A DNA stretch of 17,725 bases from Octopus sinensis. Its lineage: Eukaryota. Below are positions 1 to 9,810 of the stretch, one piece after another. The position numbers were made by a program, and so were the translations under genes. The stretch covers positions 1-17,725 of the forward strand of contig NW_021824752.1 in NCBI RefSeq assembly GCF_006345805.1, written 5' to 3'. Under the pieces are notes generated by a model. The model was given only the letters and a program-made list of their open reading frames with translations, was not told where the DNA came from and made no database searches. Every line of letters begins with the position of its first letter. Positions within the stretch are counted from its first letter, which is position 1.

Positions 1-154
1 GTGATTTCTAATTCAATCATAATTGTAATGCTGCTAAAGTAATTAAAGGATTAAGAAATAATAGCTGTAAGAGATTTGATGCGTTATTTCTGAATCGCTG
101 ATTTACTCTAACAATTCTGCAGTTATGATTGGTTTATGAATTACATGCTCTGAA

Positions 155-537
155 GTGGAGGCGCAACGGCCCAGTGGTTAGGGCAGCGGACTCGCGGTCA
201 TAGGATCGCGGTTTCGATTCCCAGACCAGGCATTGTGAGTGTTTATTGAGCGAAAACACCTAAAAGCTCCACGAGGCTCCGGCAGGGTATGGTGGTGATC
301 CCTGCTGTACTCTTTCACCACAACTTTCTCTCACTCTTACTTCCTGTTTCTGTTGTACCTGTATTTCAAAGGGCCGGCCTTGTCACTCTCTGTGTCACGC
401 TGAATATCCCCGAGAACTACGTTAAGTGTGCACGTGTCTGTGGAGTGCTCAGCCACTTACGTTAATTTCACGAGCAGGCTGTTCCGTTGATTCGGATCAA
501 CCGGAACCCTCGTCGTCGTAACCGACGGAGTGCTTCC
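155..537 (+). mobile_element. tRNA-derived SINE, family A (tail type 1), full length with 15-bp TSD
   Basis: tRNA-like head with A-box (CGGCCCAGTGG) and B-box-like GTTTCGATTCC. Exact flanking repeat ACATGCTCTGAAGTG at 143-157 and 538-552. Body recurs at 17290-17552. Confidence 0.92.
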
Positions 538-602
538 ACATGCTCTGAAGTGACTCCACGTGTTTTATTTGTCCGTTCTTTCTGTCTAATACGTACATAC
601 AT

Positions 603-908
603 GTGGAGGCGCAATGGTCCAGTGGTTAGGGCAGTGGACTCGCGGTCGTAGGATCACGATTTCGATACCCAAACCGGGCGTTGTGAGTGTTTATTGAGCG
701 GAAACACCTAAAGCACCACGAGTCTCTGGCAGGGGGTAGTGGCGATCCCTGCTGTACTCTTTCGCCACAATTTTCTCTCACACTTTCTTCTGTTGGCCTC
801 CTCGCTTAGCCAGTAGGGTGGCGTCGCCTGAATGCTAAAACAATGCGAAGCGCATTGTGACCAGCCATATGTAGCAACATCTGATAGCTTGGTCGGTCAC
901 TGGACGTG
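603..908 (+). mobile_element. tRNA-derived SINE, family A (tail type 2)
   Basis: Head and central part are closely similar to 155-350 up to TTCTCTCAC, followed by an unrelated 3' tail. Possible low-complexity TSD ACATACAT at 595-602 and 909-916. Confidence 0.88.
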
Positions 909-999
909 ACATACATATGTATATATATATTATAATATATATATCAATGAATGTGATCTACACATATATGCATGCAAGTATGTATGCATGTATGTATGT

Positions 1000-1060
<61 letters not shown>

Positions 1061-1067
1061 GTGTGTG

Positions 1068-1103
<36 letters not shown>

Positions 1104-1140
1104 TGTGTGTGTAGTGTGTATTGTGTGTGGATTTGTGTGT
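909..1140. repeat. compound (TA)n/(TATG)n/(TG)n microsatellite
   Basis: Directly visible dinucleotide and tetranucleotide runs. Confidence 0.95.
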
Positions 1141-1413
1141 GAGTTTAATTTAAGTTCTTGATACATTTCAAGCCGGCCGGTAACATGCGACAGAACCTCT
1201 TGTGTTAAGCGAGTATGTCCATCAATTCACGCCATAATCTCGGATAGGAAATATTGGGAATGTCTACAGATCTTAATTTTGCCACTAGTAGATTGGATTT
1301 GCAGAATCCCCTTAACTATCTCTTACTTTTTCTCCACGAAACCGAGTAATTCTAGTTTTTTTTAAATGTAAAAAAATGAACGTATATATAATGGTATGTA
1401 AGTAGTGTGTTGT

Positions 1414-1702
1414 TGAGGAGGCACATGGCCTAGTGGTTAGAGCAGCCCACTCGTGGTCGAACGATGGCAGGTTCGAATCTCAGACCAGTCGATGTGTGTG
1501 TTTATGAGCGAAACATCTAAGCCCCACGCTGCGCCAGGAGAAGGTAATGGCGAACTTCTGCTGAGTCTTTCGCAACAAGTTTCTCTCACTCTTTCCTCCT
1601 GCACTAGCAGCTCACCTGTGGGGAACCTATACGTCACTGAAATCGGGAAACCGGCCCTTATGAGCCAGGCATGGCTCCAGAAAGAACTAACAATAACAAC
1701 AT
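1414..1702 (+). mobile_element. tRNA-derived SINE, family A variant (tail type 3, ACA-rich end)
   Basis: A-box TGGCCTAGTGG, B-box GTTCGAATC and the shared central CTTTCGCAACAAGTTTCTCTCACTCTT. It ends in AACAATAACAACA. Candidate 8-bp TSD TGTGTTGT at 1406-1413 and 1703-1710. Confidence 0.82.
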
Positions 1703-1940
1703 TGTGTTGTCAGATAATTCCGTTCTGTTTTTTTTTGGGTTTTTTTTCTGTTTGGCACTACATCGTAATATGTCTGAAAAGAGGTAAAATTAATTGAAAT
1801 TCGAAAATGACAACAAAAGTTGTAAAGGAACAATAGAACTTCAAAAGAAAAACATAAAACTATGATAACATCATTTTCTGTGTTCTTTGAAATAACATCG
1901 GAAAGAATAAAAATAAAAATAACATTATACAACATGATGC

Positions 1941-2022
1941 ATATATATATATATATATAATATTATATATATATATATATATATGTGTGTGTTGTGTGTG
2001 TGTGTGTGTGTGTGTCTGTCTA
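1941..2022. repeat. (TA)n(TG)n microsatellite
   Basis: Directly visible. Confidence 0.95.
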
Positions 2023-2339
2023 TACATAAGAAGCTACTATCACAGAAAGAAATGCGCGGATATAGCTTTAAAAATATATAAATAGGATATATATATAAAA
2101 AAAACTAAAACACAATTTAAAATTTCACCAGAAATCTTTATCACTGGATATCGTCTTGGTACTAGGTTTATTCTCTCTCTTACAGATCCTTATTATTTTA
2201 ACAACAGAGCAAATCTCACCCGGAGGCACCCCTGAAATATGGAAAAGGATAAAAAAAAAAGAAAAATGCCCTTCACTCCATTTGTAAATCTGAAAACTTA
2301 ATTCAGATTATCCCCATCCCCTTTTCTAATTCATTCTCT

Positions 2340-2554
2340 CTTTCTCTCTTTACTCTTTTACTTGTTTTCAGTCATTTGACTGCGGTCATGCTGGAGCACC
2401 GCCTTTAGTCGAGCAAATCGACCCCGGGACTTATTCTTTGTAAGCCCAGTACTTATTCTATCGGTCTCTTTTTGCCGAACCGCTAAGTGACGGGGACGTA
2501 AACACACCAGCATCGGTTGTCAAGCAATGCTAGGGGGACAAACACAATACACAA

Positions 2555-2590
<36 letters not shown>

Positions 2591-2771
2591 CATATAATAT
2601 ATATACGACAGGCTTCTTTCAGTTTCCATCTACCAAATCCACTCACAAGGCATTGGTCGGGGCCCGAGGCTATAGCAGTAGACACTTGCCCAAGGTGCCA
2701 CGCAGTGGGACTGAACCCGGAACCATGTGGTTGGTAAGCAAGCTACTTACCACACAGCCACTCCTGCGCCT
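2340..2771 (-). mobile_element. tRNA-derived SINE, family B (CORE-like central motif), with internal (TA)n(TG)n microsatellite
   Basis: Minus strand reads AGGCGCAGGAGTGGCTGTGTGGTAAG, then B-box GGTTCAGTCCC, then GTGGCACCTTGGGCAAGTGT (resembles the MIR/CORE motif GTGACCTTGGGCAAGTCACTT), then a microsatellite, then a 3' module ending in GTAAAAGAG repeats. Related copies at 4299, 9811, 14088 and 15880. Confidence 0.88.
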
Positions 2772-2879
2772 ATTCTGTACATTTTTTTAATAAAGTTCCA
2801 TGTTCAAATTGTTTCAGATTTTGTTTTTTTTTATTTATTTATTTATTTGCAATATATTTTTGGCTTCAATTAATAGAAA

Positions 2880-3280
2880 TGCAATCTAACAGACTCTTTG
2901 TGTTCCGCCCAACTTGTTCAGTTTAATGGGGATCATTTGATCGAGGGCGTCCACAAGGACCCATGCCAACCCACTATGGAATTACTCCACTAGATGAGAT
3001 GCTTTTACGATTTCGTCGTCCATAATATTCACTCGATAGTTAAGGGCCAAACGACCAGCCCGGCGACATAGTGTAATTCCTCAACCCGAGAATGCTCGAT
3101 CCCACGTCACTAATTTGACCGAAAATGCTATGCGAATGCTCGATGCGAAGTTCTACGACACCCGTTCTTCCGATATAGCCTTTTCAGACTCTTACCTTTC
3201 TAGGTCTCTCTCCAACAACCTATAAGGCGCTTCTTTCAACGCCTAAAGCTAAAACCGTGGCTCGATGAATTCTTCGAAAC
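2880..3280 (-). mobile_element. possible decayed L1/Tx1-like LINE ORF2 C-terminal fragment
   Basis: GC-balanced island. A stop-interrupted minus frame gives GLAWVLVDALDQMIPIKLNKLGGTQRVC*I, loosely like the zf-RVT region of L1/Tx1 ORF2. By-eye match only. Confidence 0.3.
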
Positions 3281-3284
3281 AACC

Positions 3285-4185
3285 TCTACCACACAATATA
3301 AATATACGTTCTCATCGAATATAATAGAGTTAAACATATCCCAAATATACCAATTAAGCCTCTCAATAAATTTACATCCTTACTTAACAAAACCTTAATT
3401 CGATATTTTGAATAAAATCCTGCTAATATAGGAAACCCACACAACACTATATCTAAACTATTAAGCACCATTCTAGTAAAAGATAAATTATATCTAACAA
3501 TTATTATATCTCAAATATCCTGATCTCCACTATAGTAATGAATAATATTTCTGTCGCATGAAAATAATAAAGCTTTGATTATAGCATGAGTGTTTATATA
3601 AATGAAATAAAGCCAATATAGGATAGCTAATTCCTCATGATATTATTATTATCCCTAATTGTCTTATAGAAGATAACACAATAATCTTCTTCAAATCATA
3701 CTCATAAACAGCACAAACCCCTGATATAAAAGGAGTTATAATAGAAATAAAAATGACAAAATTACAAAAATATTCCAATTCAATTAAAGGATAATAAAAC
3801 GAAATTAGTAAAAACAAAACCTCTAGTCGTAAACAAAGCAAATGAAAGTACCAAAGTGGATGGAGGATTTGCGCTGCTGCAATCTTCGGCAGTCGACTTC
3901 AAAAAGGAATTTGGGCCTTCTTGGTTATAACCATAATCACCAGAAAAACTATACAAATATCAAAAAGCCAAGAATAACAAATACATACATAATTTCAATG
4001 TCCTAATAACGGCATAATCCTAATACCAACAAAATTAAAACAGGATTTATTAATTTTATTTACATTCCCGTACTCAATGACTTGTTATTCTGATAATAGA
4101 TAACCAAACAAAACAAAACAATCTTCATTCATCTCACCCTAAAATCAATTTAACATCAGTCTAACAAATCTAGAAATAAAAATCG
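3285..4185 (-). pseudogene. ND5: NUMT: decayed mitochondrial NADH dehydrogenase subunit 5
   Basis: Collinear ND5 motifs on the minus strand: GWD (TGA=Trp, 4131-4139), VIYYQN (4087-4104), TKKAQIPF (3902-3925), YDLKKIIVLS (~3675-3705), THAMIKALLF (~3562-3592), GFPILAGFYSK (~3405-3440), YSMR. Multiple frameshifts and substitutions. Confidence 0.93.
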
Positions 4186-4298
4186 ACACACACACACACA
4201 CACACACACAAGCACACACACGCATATATAATATAGTCGTCTACACTAAATTAATAAAAGAAGGAACGTCTATATTACAAATAACATCCCCACATTAC

Positions 4299-4650
4299 TA
4301 GCGCAGGTGCGGTTGTGTGGTAAGAAGCTTGCTTCCCAACGACATGGTTCTGATTTCACTCCCGCTGCGCGGCACCTCGGGCAAGTGTCTTCTATTATAA
4401 CCTCAAGGCGACCAGACCAAAAACTTGCGAGTGGATTTGGTAGACAAAAGCTGAAAGAATATGTGTATCCGTGCGTTCGTGTCTGTGCTTGTCACCCACT
4501 GCCGCTTGCCGACCGGTATTGGTGTTTTTACGTTCCCATAACTTGGCAGTTCAGCGGAATTGATCGATAGGATAATCTTGAAAAGAAAATGACGGGTAAG
4601 TTTTCCATTTAGAGGAGCAGCGTTATGCAGGCGTGCCTTCAAAAATCGAT
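4299..4650 (+). mobile_element. family B SINE, diverged copy
   Basis: GCGCAGGTGCGGTTGTGTGGTAAG...CACCTCGGGCAAGTGTCTTCT...GGATTTGGTAGAC, a short TG-rich spacer and a degenerate 3' module. The 3' boundary is approximate. Confidence 0.8.
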
Positions 4651-4835
4651 TAGAAATAAGAAAACAACAAAAGTCAAAAAGGTGTACACTTGGAATGTGT
4701 TAAGTTCGTGCTCAGTATAAGATGGCAAAAATAATAGGTGTTTAACGTTTCGAGCATGGCTCTTCGTTGGAAAGAGGAGGGAAGAAAGGTCCGAAGAAAA
4801 GGGGGAAATACAGGAAAAGCACGTGTGTGGTTATC
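4650..4835 (-). mobile_element. probable Penelope-like element terminal fragment with degenerate hammerhead-type motif
   Basis: Minus strand 4744-4770 reads CCAACGA-A-GAGC-CAT-GCTC-GAAACGTT, the layout of PLE-associated minimal hammerheads (CUGANGA...stem II...GAAAC) with two core mismatches. Confidence 0.5.
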
Positions 4836-4839
4836 CACA

Positions 4840-5080
4840 TCATATCTAAAATAGGTCGAATTAGAAGTAATAAACAAATTAGACACCCTAAAAATTCGTC
4901 TAATCATCACAGACGGTTACTCAACGGGACAACTACCGGGTCAAGTTAAAATAAAAAATACACCCATTAAAAATCGAGACCAGAATCGTTCTAAGACATT
5001 ATACCGCATCCGAACACATCCTCTAACATGAAGAATAGGAAAAACAAATATCTAACAATTTAGTTATTATTACTCATTAA
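4840..5080 (-). pseudogene. CYTB: NUMT: decayed mitochondrial cytochrome b, 3' end
   Basis: With the invertebrate mitochondrial code, 5048 downward reads FVFPILHVSGCVRMRYNVLERFWSRFLMGVFFILTWPGSCPVE*PSVMISRIFSV. This matches the cytochrome b C-terminal LPxLH...LTWIGxxPVExP pattern and includes TGA=Trp. Confidence 0.85.
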
Positions 5081-5082
5081 CG

Positions 5083-5669
5083 AAGGCGGTGAGCTTGGAG
5101 AATTGTTGGCACGCCGGGCGAGATGCTTTGCGGTATTTCGTCTGCCGTTACGTTCTGAGTTCAAATTCCACCGAGGTCGACTTTGCCTTTCATCCTTTCG
5201 GGGTCGATTAAATAAGTACCAGTTACACACTGGAGTCGATATAATCGACTTAATCCGTTTGTCTGTCCTTGTTTGTCCCCTCTATGTTTAGCCCCTTGTG
5301 GGCAATAAAGAAATAGGTATTTCGTCCATCTTCACGTTCTGAGTTCAAATTCCACGAGGTCGAATTTGACCTTCATGGTTTCTGGGTCGATCAAATAAGT
5401 ACCAGTTACGCACTGGGTCGATATAATCAACTTAATCCGTTTGTCTGTCCTTGTTTGTCCTCTCTGTGCGGGTAGTAAAGAAATAGGTATTTCGTTTGCT
5501 GTTACGTTCTGAGTTCAAAGTCCGCCAAGGTCGACTTTGCCTTTCATCCTTTCAAGGTCGATAAATTAAGTACCAGTTACGCACTGGGGTCGATGTAATC
5601 GACTTACTCCCTTTGTCTGTCCTTGTTTGTCAGTTCTATGTTTAGCCCCTTGTGGGCAATAAAGAAATA
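5083..5669 (+). mobile_element. family D tRNA-derived SINE: one full copy followed by two 5'-truncated copies head to tail
   Basis: Full copy 5083-5315 (B-box-like GAGTTCAAATTCC, central CTTTGCCTTTCATCCTTTCGGGGTCGA, end AATAAAGAAATA). Units 5316-5485 and 5486-5669 both start at GGTATTTCGT. Confidence 0.92.
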
Positions 5670-5671
5670 TG

Positions 5672-5872
5672 AAACTTCAGTACGAGGCCAGCAAGTTCGT
5701 GGGAGGCGTAGGTCGATTAGATCGACCCCAGATCTCAACTGGTACTTCTTTTATCAACCATGATGCGAGGAAAGGCAAAGTCGATCCCGGTGACATTTGA
5801 ACTCAGGGAATAAAGACGGGTGAAGTGCCGCTAAGCACTTTGCCCGAAGTGCTAACGATTCGTGCCGCCTTT
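5672..5872 (-). mobile_element. family D-related SINE, diverged, different 3' tail
   Basis: Reverse complement carries the D head and central motifs (plus strand AAAGGCAAAGTCGA, AACTGGTACTT, GTCGATTAGATCGACCCC). The tail differs from the trimer. Confidence 0.75.
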
Positions 5873-5888
5873 ACACACATCAAAATAT

Positions 5889-6103
5889 GGGTTTCAAATT
5901 TTGGGACAAGGCCAGAAAGTTCGTGGGAGGGTACAAGTCGATTACATCGACCCCACTGCTCAACTGGTACTTATTTTATCCACCCAGAAAGGATGAAAGG
6001 CAAGTCAACCCCGGCAACATTTGGACTCTGAACATAAAGCCGGACAAAATGCCGCTAAATTTTTCGCCCGGCGTGCTAGCGATTCTTCCAACTCGCTACC
6101 TTC
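5889..6103 (-). mobile_element. family D-related SINE, same tail type as 5672-5872
   Basis: Same motifs as the neighbouring copy. Flanked by ACACACA(TC/AT)AAAATAT at 5873-5888 and 6104-6119 (14/16 match), a candidate TSD. Confidence 0.8.
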
Positions 6104-6557
6104 ACACACAATAAAATATAACCTGTGGCTACAGATTAATAAAGCGAAAAAAGCTTAACGGCCAAAATTTGGCAGCAAATAAATAAACCGAGAAACACAT
6201 AGTGGTCAAAATTTGGCCGTGACAAACAAATCAACGCCAAACTGGTGAGGTATAAAGCCAACGGTAAAATAAAACGTTTGTTGGTTAAGTTTGCCTGAAT
6301 TTAATAAGTATAAACGTAATATCGTAGGCCAAGTGTACTCAGTTCAAATTCTTGATAGTGCGACTGTGTAGTTCTAGAAACGTCGAATATGGATTTAGGA
6401 ACTCTACAGTCCCAAACCGGTAGAATTTTATTTAAATTGAAACAGATAAAGTTGAACATATTCGTTCATATGTGTGTGTGTGGGGGGGGGGGGGGTTATG
6501 CGCACACACAGATACACACATACGGTTTAATGTATGTAAATATATTATTCAAATATA

Positions 6558-6954
6558 TCTTTATATATAAAAGTGAGGTTGTGTGTTGTCTGTCCCCTAC
6601 GATTTAGATTCCTAACTACTCCCACATTTTGCGGTGCAGTTTAACCAAAACCGGGTATCTTATAGTCGTGATTCATATCGAGCCCTTCTGGGTATTAGCG
6701 CGCGTCTACGATGAGTCTACGATTTAAAAAAAAATTACCATCAATTTTTCCCATTTTTAATGCATTTTTGGTATATATAAGGGAAGTAACTCTCTAAATA
6801 TTTATTATTAAATCTCAGAACGTAAAAATCTACAGTAACCCCCACCCCCTTTGTGGTTAGCCATATTGAGATGGCTATTATACTTTACATCTCTAAAAAT
6901 GCTTATATAGTTATTTTCCTTACAAACCCGAGCAACGCCGGATGATACTGCTAG
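6558..6954 (+). mobile_element. non-autonomous Helitron, 397 bp
   Basis: A|TC 5' end (TCTTTATATATAAAAGTGAGG), subterminal hairpin CCCGAGCAACGCCGG at 6927-6941, 3' CTAG|T, no TSD. Confidence 0.85.
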
Positions 6955-7004
6955 TATTCATATATATATATGTGCATAAACATATACACATACGCGCGAG
7001 TATT

Positions 7005-7930
<926 letters not shown>

Positions 7931-8109
7931 ATTGATCTCTGATTGATTTCTGTTGGTGTACTGTACGCATGACATGTTCATTATAAGGGAACTTTATCGA
8001 AATATACAGAAGCAACTGAAAAATTCTTGTGAAAATTGGGGGAAACTTCACCAGTTTTCTTACATAATAATTACATCATACCCTTCTCCTATTTCACTCT
8101 CAGTTCCTT

Positions 8110-8225
8110 TGTTCTATATTTCTATTTTCTTCCTTCCTTCCCTCCTTCATTCATTCCTTCATTCACTCCTTCCTTCCTTTATCCCTTCTTTCCTTTCCTT
8201 TCTTTGTTTCTTTGTTTCGTTTCTT
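8110..8225. repeat. (TTCC/TTCA)n pyrimidine-rich low-complexity tract
   Basis: Directly visible. Confidence 0.85.
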
Positions 8226-8543
8226 TATTCGCGAACTGTTCATTATTTCGTTGCTATATTGGTTTTTGCTTGCAATGTTTCCGTGTTCAGTCAGGCGGAA
8301 TAACGCAATGTTGGAGGATGTTTAGTTGATATTTGTAAACCTTAGATAGATGTTATCTAGTGAAGGAAAGGGTGTTTTATGTTTGGTTTCTAAACAAAAA
8401 TCAGCCATCCTGAATGACGAACACCAATTCTAAGAAATTATTTCGCCTCTTCAAACTTTTCACCAAAACTTTGTAACTTGGTAACTTGGTAACTTACATC
8501 TAGTCTTCTTCTCCGGGAAATTTATTTTAACAGTATATTAACA

Positions 8544-8942
8544 CTAGCAGTATAGCCCAGCGTTGCTCAGGTTTATTTTCTTTTCGACCCTTTAGAATTG
8601 GAATTTTTGAAAAGTAAAAATTTTGCATTATGTAGCTTGTTCTTCTCTTTAAGTGAGCATTTTTCTGGTTGAAATACACCGAAAAATGGCGACACAGTAG
8701 TCAAAAGATCGTAAAAAATAGAGATTTTCATAGAAAAAAAGCACCTTTTAGATGTAAATAATTTTTGGTGTTAACATGGTCCGATTTGAATTTTTCTTCT
8801 ACGTAATAAAGAGCAAGCCTTCTTCTATCATACTCTCAACTTTGGTCAACTTGCGCGGCAGGGTCTCGGAGGAGATAGTGTTAGGTGAAGGCTACCAAAC
8901 CTGCCATACACAGACAACTTCAGTTTTATATATATATATAGA
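8544..8942 (-). mobile_element. non-autonomous Helitron, 399 bp
   Basis: Minus strand A|TCTATATATATATATAAAACTGAAGTTGT ... CCTGAGCAACGCTGGG CTATACTGCTAG|T. Termini are homologous to 6558-6954. Confidence 0.85.
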
Positions 8943-8944
8943 TT

Positions 8945-9160
8945 TAGCGAGAAGTGGAAGAATAACGCTCATGAACTTGATCAGGGCCTTCCGAACACAA
9001 ACGATGGAAGGATTATGTTGTCGCTTCATAAGAGCTGTGGCCTGAATTCCTGCATTAATGCGGACATAATGGTACTTTATGAGCAGGTTATGTATGTTCG
9101 GATGATCATCGGATAGTGGGTTAGCCAATCCTCTCTGACAGTCGTCAATTAACAGCAAGG
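8945..9160 (-). mobile_element. possible decayed BEL/Pao LTR-retrotransposon integrase zinc-binding (H2C2) fragment
   Basis: ORF 8892-9158 contains DDHPNIHNLLIKYHYVRINAGIQATALMKRQ...VRKALIK, resembling the Pao pattern DHPxTxLIIxxYHxxxxHAGxxxTxxxIRQxxWIxxxRxxVK. The CxxC motif is absent. By-eye match. Confidence 0.35.
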
Positions 9161-9207
9161 TGGGGTGCTGTGGTCCATGTTATTCCCAAGTGTGTATGCA
9201 TGTCCAC

Positions 9208-9598
9208 CAAGACCACATGTGAATGAGAGGCACCTGAGAACGAGAACCACATGTGGACGCGGACTGCATGTGAACGAGAACCACATGTGAACGAGAATCA
9301 CATTTGAACGAGAACCACATGTGAACGAGGATTACATGTGAACGAGAACCACGTGTGAACAAGCACCACGTTTGAACCTGAACCATGTGTGTACGAGGAC
9401 CACGTGTGAACGAGGACCACGCGTGAACAAGGACCACATGTGAACGAGAATTACGTGTGAACGAGAAATACGTGTAAACGAGGACCAGGTGTACGAGAAC
9501 CACGTTTGAACGGGGTCTACATATGAACTAAAACCATGTGTGAACGAGGACCACTTGTGAACGAGAACCACGTATGAACGAGAACTATGTGTGAACGG
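9208..9598. repeat. 17-bp minisatellite, consensus GTGAACGAGAACCACAT, roughly 23 degenerate copies
   Basis: TGAACG recurs at 9271, 9288, 9305, 9322 and onward with a 17-bp period. Confidence 0.92.
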
Positions 9599-9810
9599 GG
9601 TTTGTATTCCGAATGAAACCCCGAACATGAATTCTCTACCCAAGTGCAGCATTTGTCAAATTTGCGACCTGGATCTTTGGGTGGCAGGGTGAAGCATTTA
9701 CTTTGCCCAATGGAACGCTATGGGCAACTGTCGCATGCGATCAGCATTCATATTAGATGCAGTGAAGTTGTTAGCCGGAGCTGATCAACCCACCCCGGAG
9801 TCGTTTCTGG

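Noticed and set aside
917-1114. ORFs rich in Y/I/V/C/H/T (also 7075-7981, 10305-10875, 15978-16467)
   Set aside because: They are translations of (TA)n, (TG)n and (TATC)n microsatellites, not genes.
2168-2290. Strong splice-acceptor-like TTCTCTCTCTTACAG followed by a short open frame
   Set aside because: There is no convincing donor or recognisable peptide, and such tracts are common in this composition.
3286-3841. ND5-like ORFs as functional genes or a mitochondrial contig
   Set aside because: Frameshifts, loss of conserved residues, and embedding among nuclear SINEs indicate a NUMT.
6130-6330. T-rich minus-strand frame as a continuation of the NUMT
   Set aside because: I could not match any diagnostic mitochondrial protein motif. 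A tblastx search would settle it.
8473-8496. GTAACTTG x3 short tandem
   Set aside because: Ordinary slippage repeat with no further structure.
9180-9652. Two ~107-aa minus-strand ORFs with a 17-aa period
   Set aside because: The 17-bp unit has no stop in any minus-strand phase, so openness is automatic. No start or splice context supports coding.
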